A program made the translations under genes and the position numbers. From Malacoraja senta (lineage: Eukaryota), in contig CM075998.1 of the NCBI GenBank assembly GCA_038087875.1, positions 2,048,001 to 2,108,000 of the forward strand: a stretch of DNA of 60,000 nt, written 5' to 3'. Positions 26,831-40,105 of this stretch are shown here, piece after piece. Within the stretch, counting starts at the first letter, position 1. Each line of letters starts with the position of its first letter. The notes beneath the pieces were generated by a model. The model searched no databases and was not told the DNA's origin. It saw only the letters and a program-made list of their open reading frames with translations.

Positions 26831-27979
26831 TTGCCCCTTGAGCTACAGCATCTGATTTTGTAGATTCCTTTGGACTGGAAGCTTTGTTCTCAATATACTT
26901 CTGTCTTTAAATCTCTCTCCTTCAATGTGGTAATTCATTGCGCAAATCTGGTCTGAGCTGCAACTTAAGGTTCAGACTTTGCTGACAGGTTTTAGTTCAG
27001 TATTTGCTGCTCTTGATAAAGCTACATTTTTGGCAGCAGAATAGATTTTTGTCAAAATTCTTGACATTGGATGGTCAACTTGACTTCTTGGAACCTGGTG
27101 GGAATATGACAATTTGTCTGTATGCCAGTGACTAGAATTGAAGTGCCAATTAAAGTTTGATTGTTACTCATCCCTGCACATTAAACTTAGCATTTCCATT
27201 TGAGTACAAACTATATTAAATACAATACAATACCGTTTATTGTCATTTGAACCTCGAATGAAGTTCAAACAAAATTTGGTTTCTGCAGTCATACAACAAG
27301 AAGAAAAAAAAAACCAAGACACACAATTTACACAAACATCCATCACAGTGAATCTCCTCCTCACTGTGATGGAAGGCAAAGTCATTGTCTCTCCCCTGTT
27401 TTCCATTCTTCTCCCGATGTTAAAGCAGTGGATCTTAAGCAGTTTCCAAATGAGCAAAGCAAAAGGCTGCATGCTGAAATTGAAATGAAAAGGCAATGCT
27501 GGAAACACTCAACTGATTGGACAATATTTGGGAGGAACCAATAGCTACTTGGATGGAATACAGTCAGCACCGGTACTTTAAGTCTGCCTGACCTGAGTAT
27601 TTCCTGCATTTTTAATTAAACACTCTCAGATGCGTGGTCTTAAGAACTGGCTGTAAGTTGGCAAGAATTGAAGGGAGGGATAATGCAAGACAATTGGACA
27701 AAGGGCACTAAAGTGCAGGTGGGAATAGATGAATCATTGAGAACAACTGCTGCCCATAAAATGGAGGTGGTGATCTGAATGTTTGAGCTCTAACAAGGCA
27801 CATTAAGCTTTCTGGATTAAGTTGACGTTCCTCAAGGTCATGTGTACCTAGATCTCAGTGTAGGATCTACACTGCCTTGCTCCAGTGCAGAGGAGATGAC
27901 AAATGGTAAATACTTTTGAAAGCCTGATAAACCACCTGTTTCACTTGGGAGCACCATTACTCGTATCTTTATCTTCCAG

Positions 27980-28095
27980 CCAAGAAGCTGCCAAAGAGTG
28001 AACTTCAGAATGCCAGTGGAGCAGCAGGCCGCAATAGAGGTGTGGATCTCCATGAACCATCTCCGCAGAACAGGAGCCAGTGTTGTAGCAACTAA
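27980..28095 (+). CDS. RAB5B: RAB5B terminal coding exon
   Basis: 116 bp; [38 protein letters not shown] with the CCSN geranylgeranylation motif. Joined CDS is 648 bp = 215 aa + stop. Confidence 0.97.
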
Positions 28096-31000
28096 ATGAT
28101 GAAGGGAGCTTGCTCCAGTTGACAACTGCACACTTGAGTGGAAATTCGATTTCTCCAGCCATGCCCTTTGCGATGCTTTAGTCAAGAAAGTACCTGCAGA
28201 ATGGATGTGGAACTTAAACCAGTCATTACTTTGTATTATAGATGCAAATATCAACCTTTTCCCTCTTAAATGATGTTTGTGTGGATGCACTTATCTCTTG
28301 CACACCAGTTCTTCAAAAACCTGTTTTTAAACATTATACATTAAGAAAATGCTCACATTCTAGTGGTGTAACTTAGCACGAAAGCTGCAGTATCTCATTG
28401 ATCACTTTCTGCCCCCAATATAAATCAGTATTTTGCATAAGCTTTGACTGACGGGCAATCTTTGCAGTTCAGCAAATTGTAGTAATTGGCCCTTTCTAAA
28501 TGGTAAGTCTAAAAGGGGTTCTGTATTGAAAAGTAGGTTAGTTATCCTGGAGAAATTGGCTGCTAAAATCTGTGAACTCTGGCTACTAGTTCTTGGTGCA
28601 ATAAGATTGTAGGTCACTGAACACTTGAGCATTGTGAATACTTCTGAAGTAACACGTTTTTTTTAAACTACTGTAGGTGGCACCTTGGTTTGAGGGGAAA
28701 CTAGGCTCTGTCAGCATGGGTGTTTTAACTCTGCACTGCTCTCACACTTGTGCTTGTCAAGGATGGGTTGTAAGAGGTGTGCACTTAACTGAACCACGAA
28801 AGGGCAGTATACCACAAAATCAATGCATGGTTGGAAATGAGTGCATACAGGTTCTAAAATTGAGCTGTAGTTTTGCTTATGATGACTTGTGCCATATATT
28901 GGCTTCCACGTGGAGTAGGGGAAGACCTGAGAAAGCTTTACAATGACTGACCACTACATGTCCTGAATAGTTCAGTCCACTTTAACAATTTTGGCTCAGA
29001 CTCCTACATTGGAGCTATGATTAAAGTGACGCCTACAAAATTGCTGGTTCTCCACCTGACATTTTCAAGGCTGGCGTGTTTAAGAAAGAACTGCAGATGC
29101 TAGAAGGCTGGGTTCAGTATAGCAGTATCTGTTAAGAATAACTGGTAGTGTTGGATGCACAGAGGTTGAGATTCAACTTGATAAAGTATAAAATTGTATT
29201 TTGATAACTTGGCTGTATGTTTGCATTGTGATGGTGATCTAATGGCATTTTGTGGCTTTATTAATTCCTCTTGGATTTAGTTTCCACTATCGACATACGA
29301 TGTGAAAGCACTGCTAAATCTGCCCATGCAGTAGGATACTGCAGCATTATTTAACTTGTGGTAATATCTTAATTTTGCCCTGATCAACTCCCCTGAGTAT
29401 TTGATTTCAAAAGATCAATAATTTGTTGGATTTTTTTGACATTCTCATTGCACTCTCCATCATGGCACACATGAAACATTTTAGTTTGACATAGGAATAG
29501 TTTCTGCACCTTGGTTTGCATAAGAACACCACCATTGGAATGAATTGGTAAACATGAGGCAGTAATTGAATGATCTCTGGATTTCAGATCATTTTGCAAA
29601 TTGCCAATTACAATGCATGATCTATACACTTTACAGCCACTTTGCAATGTGTTTCTTTCCTGCAGAACACCTATAGGATGAAAAGCAGTCTATTCCCTCG
29701 GGACTCTTTAGATCCACCAAGCTTAACTTTTGAGCCAGTGTTTGTTCCGGTCTAACTCTAAAATTGGCTAGCATAAGCATTAACATCTGGTTTGGGCAGA
29801 GTTATTGATAAAGATATTCAACTGTCTGCCATGTAGGTAGAAATGAGGACATAGCCAAGCACTTTGCTATCAGCATTTTAGATCAATTGTGAACGTGTGA
29901 GGAATCTGAATGCAGAAATTGAGACATTGGAGAATTTTTGATCAGATGAGTTTTTAATTTGAGCCTTTATCAGTGTTTTGGGCATGTGATGAATGATTTG
30001 GGTCTTGCATAGGAATTTAATCTTTTTCTGGTGCACTTTAATGGTTTTCTTCTCAATGCATTCATCTAATCTGGTGTCTAGTTACCCAACTCTGTGCACA
30101 TGTATATACCAGCATTGGGAATATTCCAAAATGTAACTTTCTCTTATTGACTCGAGGGGGAGGGAAAAGTGGAGAAGCCTTTGGATCTCACTTTAACAGT
30201 GACTCCAAGTGTATGTATGATTTTAAAGTTCACTTTTATTGAATTTTCTGAATTTGTGTAGTTGTAATGTTGCTGCTTTAGATAGCTTGGTTCTTGCAAC
30301 CTAAAGGGCGCACTTGTTGAATGGCTTCACCTAGCTAGGTGTGGTTCCTTCATGGTAGCTGTCATGAATGGGCAATGCATTTTATACCAGATAATCACTT
30401 GCATTGGTGTCACGAAGACTGTCTATTCACTTCTACGAGGCAATATTAATCCACTAATCCTGTTTTGGCTCCAAATGGAAGTGAACAATGCAGTTGTGGG
30501 CATGTGATTTTTAAATAAAACACTATGCAAGTCCTGTAACAGGTTGGATTTCATAGCAAGAAACTGGTCATGCCACCTGTGAATAAGATGCCACAATTCT
30601 GTAAACAATTTGCTGTTTTTGTAATTAAGTCAGCTTTAAACTTGTTGCAATTAAATCATGGTCATTCCAATAAATAGATGTAACCATGTATTATGGATGG
30701 CCTTGCTTATGGATTTCATTACTATGGACAATTTTGGTGTATTCTATTGGGGGTACTACCACTGAAATGTATTTGGGACTACCTGGATTTGTGCATTGAG
30801 GGTTTCATTTTTGTATATTATCCTGAAAGATTAAAAGTTATTACCTAGCAATTGCATTGGAGTCTGAAGTATATATCGCCATGCATCGTGTCACAAATGT
30901 CTCTGATCTACTTTTAAAATGCTAGGTATAGCGAAACAATATAGTGACTGCATTTTTGTACTTGAATTTTAATTTCATTTACTTACACACTTTGAATTTG

Positions 31001-31279
31001 TTAGATAGCTACAAATGGTCAGTGCAAGTAACCAAGAAAGAATAGATTTTATTCCCCTTTGTGCACTGTCCCACCATCATATAAACAAATGGATTACCAA
31101 TCAATTGACCATGTGCTCCAGTTCCTAGGCAGCTTCTGACTGAGACCATAGCTAACCAGTATTTCTCTTGCATTTTGCCAATGGATCCAGAATAACTTTG
31201 TGCCTTTGAATGCAGCTGTACAGAAGGCAACATTTTTGTTCATTTTGCATATTAATGTTTCAAAGCTGACTTTTTCTGT

Positions 31280-31285
31280 AATAAA
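31280..31285 (+). terminator. Likely distal RAB5B poly(A) signal (proximal alternative AATAAA at 30669-30674)
   Basis: AATAAA ending a ~3.2-kb AT-rich, repeat-poor stretch, followed by a GT/T-rich element; repeats resume downstream. Confidence 0.55.
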
Positions 31286-33477
31286 ATTAATAGTGCTACT
31301 TGCGTCTATGTTTTGTTCACTCCCTACAAGCCTTAGACCATCCTGTGGTCATCTATTCCAAAGGGTTGGCATTTAAACTGATTTGCATAAATGGCTGATT
31401 TCAGTTGCAGGAGCTACAACTTTTTCTACAACAGTGAACCCTGAGGTAACTAACGTGCACTGGAGGTAATCTGGGTGGCTTGAGCCAAATGGCACACAGC
31501 AAATGAGGTGACTTCAGCCAGTGAGGAATTCCACCCAGGACCTTGCAACTAAACGAGTGACCTGTCATGCCACGCATGCAATTGTACAAATTTGAATGTA
31601 CTCATTTTTAAATAGTCTCCTTGCTAACTAGATTTTCTTCTCCCTACCCTCTATACATCTCCCATGGGTGCACTTGCCTCAGTTGCCTATATTACGACAA
31701 GACTGAAGAAGGATCTCAAGCCCAAAACTTCACCTATTCCTTTTCTCCAGAGATGCGTGACCCGAGTTGCTCAGGCATTTTGTCTATCTGCCTACGTTGA
31801 TACTTTGTCCACATTTGGATTTGCATTGAATGGGAAGGCATTCCCCATTTAGTCTTGGGCACTCTACTTGGGATTGGTGAACTTCTGCTCTGGTTCTGAG
31901 GATGATGATGGTAGTGGCTGCCAAGGTGGTAACTGCAGCTGGGGCAGGAGGCAGCTCCTGGTCGAATTGGTGAGTAGCTGGAGGTGATCTGCTTCCATTT
32001 TGGGCTTCTCTGCTCATTCATGCAGCATTACCATTTCTCAATACTATCTGCGATGTTCTCTTTTTTTCCTCTTTCTTCCTGCCACCCCCCCCCAAAAAAA
32101 ACCTTGGTCAGAGATTCTTGTAAATTAGTGGGGATATTGCACTTTATGGAAGCTTTAATCGCATCCTTTATATCTTGGCCTGCTCCTATCCCTACCAGGG
32201 TGGAGCTAGGAATAGACTTGTTTTGAGTGTCTTGGTTTCAGACAATCTGTTTGCCTCAATCTGAGGTGCTAGGCCTTGCGCTGGATTTGGCCTTCAACCT
32301 ACCTGCCTCTCTCTGTAGTAGCGTTTAGCAGTCTATAAACACACTCTGCTTTCATTTTTGAGCCAGCATCTATATTTCACTTGCAATGCATCTGTCTTCC
32401 AGCACAATGTGTTCTGACAGTGAACAAACTTTGCAGTATGTGTTGGCATGTGGATTATTTAAGCCCCTTCATCTAAACTGTCTTTTTAATCATGCTGTCC
32501 TGGGATATTTTTTATCCTGCAGAGTTACTTTTTTGTGTTGAAGTAACCTCTGAATTTTCTACCAATGATCTGTCTTTGATGGCCTGACCATTATTTTTGC
32601 TATTATTGTAAAGGAAAAATTTGCAAGTGGGTTCTATTTTGTCTCTGATACTTTTGCATTTTTTTGCAACCACTCATCTGAAATTGAAGCCTAATTTTGT
32701 ATCAAACATATTGAATTGAATACTTTATTGTCACGTGACAAGTCACAGTGAAATTCTTTGCTTGCATAGCCACTGTATGCAAATAGTCGCTACTTAAGGA
32801 CCCTGCCAAAGTTACAACATATACACAGTATCTGCAGCAGATCCCCCCCCCCCCTTTTGTTCTACCCCCACGGTGGACCCCCCAGGCCGGATTGCCCATT
32901 GTTCTTCCCCCTCACTCAGGGCGGTCCCCCATGCCAGATCCTTCTTTGTTCCTGCCCTCGCTCCACGTGGTCCATCCTCGTCCATCAGTCGGCGCCCCCA
33001 TCGACCGCTGCACCAACCTCTCCACTTTTGTCAATTATGTCAAAGTGCTGGAGTAACTCAGCAGGTCAGGCAGCATCTCTGGGGAACATGGTGACGTTTT
33101 GCGTCGAGACCCTTGTTCTCCAGAAATGCTGCCTGACCCACTGAGTTACTCCAGCACTTGTCTTGTATAAACCAGCATCTGTACTTCCTTGCACCCACAT
33201 GCTGATGAATTATGACGGCCTAAAAGGCCATGCCACTAAATACTTAATTTGACATTTATTCCTCCTAGAATGGAGAATCTTACTTTCTGCAAAAAATTGA
33301 ATTCTGTGGCTGGCCATAATCAAGGAAGATTCCCCCAAAACTATTTTCCCATTTTGCCACTTGAAGTAAAACAGACCCAAGATGTTAGCAGTAAGTGACC
33401 TCCAGTGGGGTCATTGTGTAATTACAGTGAAGTGCAGCGTGAATAAGTAGCTGCCAAGTATAGTGTTACCTATCGTA

Positions 33478-33700
33478 GGTAGACAAAAAAGCTGGAGGAA
33501 CTCAGCGGGTGAGGCAGCATCTACGGAGTGAAGGAAATGGGCGACGTTTCGGGTCGAGACCCTTCTTCAGACGTGGGGGGGGGGGGGTGGGAAGAAGAAA
33601 GGAAGAGGTGGAGACAGTGGGCTGTGGGAGAGCTGGGAAGGGGATGGGAAAGAAGGAGAAAGCAGGGACTACCTGAAATTGGAGGTCAATGTTCATACCG
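33478..33700 (-). mobile_element. Penelope-like 3' end with intact hammerhead core
   Basis: Minus strand has a GMNIDL ORF end and gtCTGAAGAagggtctcgacccGAAAcGTC (33543-33572). Confidence 0.8.
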
Positions 33701-34417
33701 TAATTTGCCTATCGTAATTTGCAGAAATTCAAAAAATATTTTCTGGTATTCTCAATAAAATTGGACTTTAATCTGACTTTTCTTTCCTGTGGATTGCACT
33801 TTTTTTCCAGAGAACATTTTGTGCGTGTGTCTACCTGAAAAATCTGCATTAAAAGGAAAACTCAAATTTCATTATGAATTAAAGTCGGACAAAAGTGTAA
33901 CACTGATTCATCAAATTTCATGAAATGGCTGACAATCTAAGTATGGGATACTGGCCAATTCTGACTTCCTACCAATGAAAAATAAATTGGGAAGCATTTT
34001 GAAATAGTACACCTCCAGGGAAATCTAGCTCGGCAATCTGTCTGTATTGCTTTGGAGATAGTTGCAAAAGACTTGTTTTGGGGAAACTGCTATAATCTGA
34101 AGAACTGTGACTGGGCACTTGACCTTTTCCACATTAGTAGTTTCAATTTGGCTTTAAGAGCTGGGAGGTGTCTTTGGTTTACAACATAGGCCTACAGAAA
34201 GCATTTACAATTGCATCAGATGTCACAAACATTGAGCAGAAGGTAGTTTTGACCGTTGGCATTTTGAGAAATGGGAATACTGTAATGGACAATAGGTGAC
34301 GAGCTGTGTTCTCCAAGCCTCACCTTTTCACCACTTTTAATGGTAAATGAAGTTGAGTTTGCTGCTGACACCAATTTAGATGGGTATATAGTGCTGTAAT
34401 TAAGTTGTTGGGATGTG

Positions 34418-35134
34418 CAGTGCCCTCCATAATGTTTGGGACAAAGACCCATCATTTATTTATTTGCCTCTGTACTCCACAATTTGAGATATGTAACAGA
34501 AAAAAATCCCATGTGGTTAAAGTGCACAATCTATCTGCTCAAGTTCAAACAAATGCTTCAAAACTCATTGGCCAGCGGTCCATTCAACAGCAAGACAATG
34601 ATCCCAAACATACTGCTAAAGCAACAAAGGAGTTTTTCAAAGCTTAAAAATGGTCAATTCTTGAGTGGCCAAGTCAATCACCTGATCTGAACCCAATTGA
34701 GCTTGCCTTATATATGCTGAAGAGAAATCTGAAGGGGACTAGCCCCCAAAACAAGCATTAGCTAAAGATGGCTTCAATACAGGCCTGGCAGAGCATCACC
34801 AGAGAAGACACCCAGCAAATGGTGATTTCCATGAATCGCAGTCATTGCATGCAAAGGATATGCAACACAATACTAAACATGACTACTTTCATTTACATTA
34901 CATTGCTGTGTCCCAAACATTATGGTGCCCTGAAATGGGGGGACTAGGTATAAACACTGCTTTAATTTCTACATGGTGAAACCAAAATGTTTAAAAATGA
35001 CCTTTATTAAAATCTGACAATGCACTTTAACCACATGTGATTTTTTTTTTTTCTATTACAAATCTCAAATTGTGGAGTACAGAGGCAAATAAATAAATTA
35101 TGGGTCTTTGTCCCAAACATTATGGAGGGCACTG
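34418..35134 (+). mobile_element. Second copy of the same Tc1-like family, internally deleted
   Basis: Same TIRs; QQDNDPKHTAKATKEFFKA...WPSQSPDLNPIE catalytic-domain fragment with stops. Confidence 0.9.
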
Positions 35135-35412
35135 TAGATCCAGTGGGGAGAAATCATTAGCAATGTGGACTAGAATTAAGTTATCTTCAAATAAGAGTAA
35201 ATATTGGCAAAATCTGGACTATAAAGGGCAATGGAATTCATGTATGTTTAGCCAAATTGTCAAAGCTGTTGACATTACAAAAGTAATCACAGTGACTAAT
35301 GGACTATTGACCTTTTTGTCAAGGAGACAGTGGGAGATGGAAGTTTTGCTTTATTAGGCCTTGGCTCTGAAATGAGCCAACGTGGAATTTAAATCCAGAG
35401 TGGGAACATTGA

Positions 35413-35501
35413 AGAAGGGTTTCGGCCCGAAACGTTGCCTATTTCCTTCGCTCCATAGATGCTGCTGCACCCGCTGAGTTTCTCCAGCACGTTTGTCTAC
35501 C
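35413..35501 (+). mobile_element. 89-bp Penelope pLTR-derived insertion
   Basis: 13-bp TSD gtgggaacattga (35400-35412, 35502-35514) around agaagggtttcggcccgaaacgttg... Confidence 0.8.
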
Positions 35502-35801
35502 GTGGGAACATTGACCTCGGGAAAGTTGTGTAAAAGAATCTACTTATTGTTAGACCATGAAAGTTGAATGTTATAAATTAAACCCTCAGAAATTGAAAGA
35601 TTGGATACAGACGCTGTAGTCATTGACAATAGTGAAATTAAAAAATTGAGAGAATACAATCTTGCAACTTCAGCCAGACCATTAAGCGACTTTGAGTCCT
35701 GAAAAGCGCTATATAAATAAAATCTATTATTATTATTATTATTATTCAAGAGTGTTTTATTGTCAGGTCCTGAAACGGAACAATTAAATTATAACACACT
35801 C

Positions 35802-35802
<1 letters not shown>

Positions 35803-35832
<30 letters not shown>
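35803..35832. repeat. Poly-C homopolymer (similar poly-G at ~50329-50353)
   Basis: Direct reading of the sequence. Confidence 0.9.
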
Positions 35833-36033
35833 ACATCTATATGGTTCCGAGCTTTGGACCATATATATGGTTCAGATATTTGGAGCATATCCTGTTTAAC
35901 AGCCTGATGGTTGTACAGGAAAGAAATTTAGTGTTTTCTGACAAAGGGTTGTAGAAAACTGGAAATGTATTTCTCTGGCCCTTCCCAAAATGTAATTTAA
36001 ACTTTATAGGCCAATGGCTGTGTTGTGACGGGG

Positions 36034-39000
36034 AGACTGGCGGGGAGATTTGCAAAGGCTACAGGGGAGACTTTAAACTAGAACGGTTGGGGGGAGGGAC
36101 TCAAATAGAGGAAGCTTGTAGACGGTGTGTGAGGCAGGAGGCAGAGAAGGGAAGCACTCAGACCCAACAGGTAGGGGGGAAAGAAGAAAAAAATAATAAA
36201 CAGCGAATAAGAGGTGGTGGGTTTCTCTTAAATGTGTGAGCAGAGAGACAGAGGGGTGTAAAATGAGGGTAGAAGCAATAGGTAACAAGGTGAAAAGTAA
36301 ACGTGGCAGGCAGACAAATCCTGGGCAAAAATCAAAAAGGGCCACTTTTCAAAATAATTGTATAAGGGGTAAGAGCGTTGTAAAAACAAGCCTGAAGGCT
36401 TTGTGTCTCAATGCAAGGAGCATTCGTAATAAGGTGGATGAGTTGAATGTGCTGATAGCTATTAATGATTATGATATAGTTGGGATCACGGAGACATGGC
36501 TCCAGGGTGACCAAGGCTGGGAGCTGAACATCCAGGGATATTCAATATTCAGGAGGGATAGACAGAAAGAAAAAGGAGATGGGGTAGCGTTGCTGGTTAG
36601 AGAGGAGATTAACGCAATGGAAAGGAAGGATATTAGCTTGGAGGATGTGGAATCGATATGGGTAGAGCTACGAAACACTAAGGGGCAGAAAACGCTAGTG
36701 GGTGTTGTGTACAGGCCACCTAACAGTAGTAGTGGAGTTGGGGATGGCATCAAACAGGAAATTAGAAATGCGTGCAACAAAGTAAAACAGTTATAATGGG
36801 TGACTTCAATCTACATATAGATTGGGTGAATCAAATTGGCAGGGGTGCTGAGGAAGAGGATTTCTTGGAATGTATGCGGGATAGTTTTCTAAACCGACAT
36901 GTAGAGGAACCAACGAGAGAGCAGGCTATTCTAGACTGGGTATTCAGTAATGAGGAAGGGTTAGTTAGCAGTCTTGTTGTGCGTGGCCCCTTGGGCAAGA
37001 GTGACCATAATATGGTTGAGTTCTTCATTAGGATGGAGAGTGACATTGTTAATTCAGAAACAAGGGTTCTGAACTTAAAGAAAGGTGACTTTGAGGGTAT
37101 GAAACCGTGAATTGGCCAAGATTGACTGGCAATTGATTCTTAAAGGGTTGACGGTGGATATGCAATGGAAGGCATTTAAAGACTGCATGGATGAACTACA
37201 AAAATTGTTCATCCCAGTTTGGCAAAAGAATAAATCAGGGAAGGTAGTGCATCCGTGGATAACAAGGGAAATCAGGCATAGTATCAAAACAAAAGATGAA
37301 GCGTACAAATTAGCCAGAAAAAGCAGCCTACCAGAGGACTGGGAGAAATTCAGAGTCCAGCAGAGGAGGACAAAGGGCTTAATTAGGAAAGGGAAAATAG
37401 ATTATGAAAGAAAACTGGCAGGGAACATAAAAACTGACTGCAAAAGTTTTTATAGATATGTGAATAGAAAGAGATTAGTTAAAACAAATGTAGGTCCCTT
37501 GCAGTCAGAAACAGGTGAATTGATCATGGGGAACAAGGACATGGCAGACCAATTGAATAACTACTTTGGTTCTGTCTTCACTAAGGAAGACATAAATAAT
37601 CTGCCGGAAATAGCAGGGGACCGCGGGTCAAATGAGATAGAGGAACTGAGTGAAATCCAGGTTAGCCGGGAAGTGGTGTTAGGTAAATTGAATGGATTAA
37701 AGGCCGATAAATCCCCAGGGCCAGATAGGCTGCATCCCAGAGTACTTAAGGAAGTAGCCCCAGAAATAGTGGATGCATTAGTGATAATTTTTCAGAACTC
37801 CTTAGATTCTGGAGTAGTTCCTGAGGATTGGAGGGTAGCTAATGTAACCCCCCTTTTTAAAAAGGGAGGGAGAAAGAAAACGGGGAATTACAGACCAGTT
37901 AGTCCAACATCGGTAGTGGGGAAACTGCTAGAGTCAGTTATTAAAGATGGGATAGCAGCACATTTGGAAAGTGGTGAAATCATTGGACAAAGTCAGCATG
38001 GATTTACGAAAGGTAAATCATGTCTGACGAATCTTATAGAATGTTTCGAGGATGTAACTAGTAGAGTGGATAAGGGAGAACCAGTGGATGTGTTATATCT
38101 GGACTTTCAGAAGGCTTTCGACAAGGTCCCACATAAGAGATTAGTATACAAACTTAAAGCACACGGTATTGGGGTTCAGTATTGATGTGGATAGAGAACT
38201 GGCTGGCAAACAGGAAGCATAGAGTAGGAGTAAACGGGTCCTTTTCAGAATGGCAGGCAGTGACTAGTGGGTACCACAAGGCTCAGTGCTGGGACCCCAG
38301 CTATTTACAATATATATTAATGATTTGGACGATGGAATTGAATGCAACATCTCCAAGTTTGCGGATGACACGAAGCTGGGGGGCAGTGTTAGCTGTGAGG
38401 AGGATGCTAGGAGGCTGCAAGGTGACTTGGATAGGCTGGGTGAGTGGGCAAAGGCATGGCAGATGCAGTATAATGTGGATAAATGTGAGGTTATCCACTT
38501 TGGTGGCAAAAACAGGAAAGTAGACTATTATCTAAATGGTGGCCGATTAGGAAAAGGGGAGATGCAACGAGACCTGGGTGTCATGGTACACCAGTCATTG
38601 AAAGTAGGCATGCAGGTGCAGCAGGCAGTGAAGAAAGAGAATGGTATGTTAGCATTCATAGCAAAAGGATTTGAGTATAGGAGCAGGGAGGTTCTATTGC
38701 AGTTGTACAGGGTCTTGGTGAGACCACACCTGGAGTATTTCGTACAGTTTTGGTCTCCAAATCTGAGGAAAGACATTCTTGCCATAGAGGGAGTACAGAG
38801 AAGGTTCACCAGATTGATTCCTGGGATGTCAGGACTTTCATATGAAGAAAGACTGGATAGGACTCGGCTTGTACTCGCTAGAATTTAGAAGATTGAGGGG
38901 GATCTTATAGAAACTTACAAAATTCTTAAGGGGGTTGGACAGGCTACATGCAGGAAGATTGTTCCCGATGTTGGGGAAGTCCAGGACAAGGGGTCACAGT

Positions 39001-39290
39001 TTAAGGATTAAGGGGAAATCCTTTGGGACTGAGATGAGAAAAACATTTTTCACACAGAGAGTGGTGAATCTCTGGAACTCTCTGCCACAGAAGGTAGTTG
39101 AGGCCAGTTCATTGGCTATATTTAAGAGGGAGTTAGATGTGGCCCTTGTGGCTAAAGGGATCAGGGGGTATGGAGAGAAGGCAGGTACAGGATACTGAGT
39201 TGGATGATCAGCCATGATCATATTGAATGGCGGTGCAGGCTCGAAGGGCCGAATGGCCTACTCCTGCACATATTTCTATGTTTCTATGTG
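36034..39290 (+). mobile_element. CR1-clade LINE, 5'-truncated: ORF1 C-terminus, full ORF2 (APE endonuclease + RT, frameshifted) and 3' tail
   Basis: ORF1 end RLAGRFAKATGETLN*; ORF2 motifs LNARSI, ITETWL, VYRPPN, MGDFN, SDHN, KSPGPD, NYRPVS, QHGF, DFQKAFD, FADD; 3' (TTCTATGT)n tail. Confidence 0.95.
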
Positions 39291-39399
39291 AGAGTGGCAG
39301 AGATGCAGATCATCCGTGAACAAAGGGCTGAATGGCCTTCTGCTTCCATGCTCACATTTAACCACACGTTGTTTATGACCACGGCGTGCTCTCATGAGA

Positions 39400-40021
39400 T
39401 GTGAATGTTATTCAAAGATGCGATGCTCATTCATTTTACTTAATTGTGATTGTTTCTCAAGACAGCAACCGGAGTGCCTGCCGTCGACCTGAATAGGCTT
39501 GTCAAGACTCGTGTGTCATGGAAAACTAACCTGTTCTGCTCTGGTGGAGGGCGGGGCAAGCTGCAAGTTTGCAGTCAGTTTCTCTTCTCTCCCATTTCCT
39601 CTCTTGAAATGTTGAGACATTCCCTGAACTGATCTGGACGCCTGTTTCGTGGAAGACTTCACAAAAACAACATATTTGGACCGACTGATTCTCTTCCCTC
39701 GCCAGTGTGGGAACAAGCCGGCGCTAGGACCCAAAAGTCTTTCTGGCTCCAGGCGGGATTGGTGGAACTGCCACAACCCAGAAATGCCTTGAGTCGAGTA
39801 ACTGACTGCGCGGAGGAGCCTTTTAAAGTCTATTGTTTTTGTTGAGCAGGCGGGAGACCGCAGCACATCGGGAAGGAGTATGAAGCCAAGAGGATCTCCG
39901 ACTTGTTGATTTGTTTCACCGGCTGGAAGTTTTGCTCCCAAATCCCTGGCGGCCAGAGGACCTACAGTTACGTTTGTTTCTGAAGCCAATAAGAGATATT
40001 AATTGAGTGAGTAGTGGAGCG
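39400..40021 (+). promoter_or_regulatory. Putative promoter/5'UTR of the LRRFIP-like gene
   Basis: Moderate CpG enrichment and a GGGCGGGG GC box at ~39549, directly upstream of the ATG exon. Confidence 0.45.
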
Positions 40022-40105
40022 ATGGGGACCCCGGGGAATTCTCGGAGAAGGATTCTGTCCAGAGAAATGTCGGAGGATGAAAACGTGATGTTAATGATAA
40101 AAGAG
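40022..40105 (+). CDS. LRRFIP-family (leucine-rich repeat flightless-interacting protein-like) coding exon 1
   Basis: gcgATGg; MGTPGNSRRRILSREMSEDENVMLMIKE|gtaag resembles the recalled LRRFIP2 start MGTPASGRKR...AEDEALSNIARE. Confidence 0.8.

Noticed and set aside
27838..28290. 150-aa minus-strand ORF, and other antisense ORFs over exons (8066-8398, 54321-54761, 57868-59079)
   Set aside because: Shadows of real + strand exons.
35803..35832. Long C/G homopolymers as functional G-quadruplex elements
   Set aside because: Pure homopolymers next to repeat fragments; length unreliable in assemblies and no supporting context.
39516..39989. 157-aa minus-strand ORF
   Set aside because: No recognisable domain; antisense to a GC-rich promoter/5'UTR where stops are rare.
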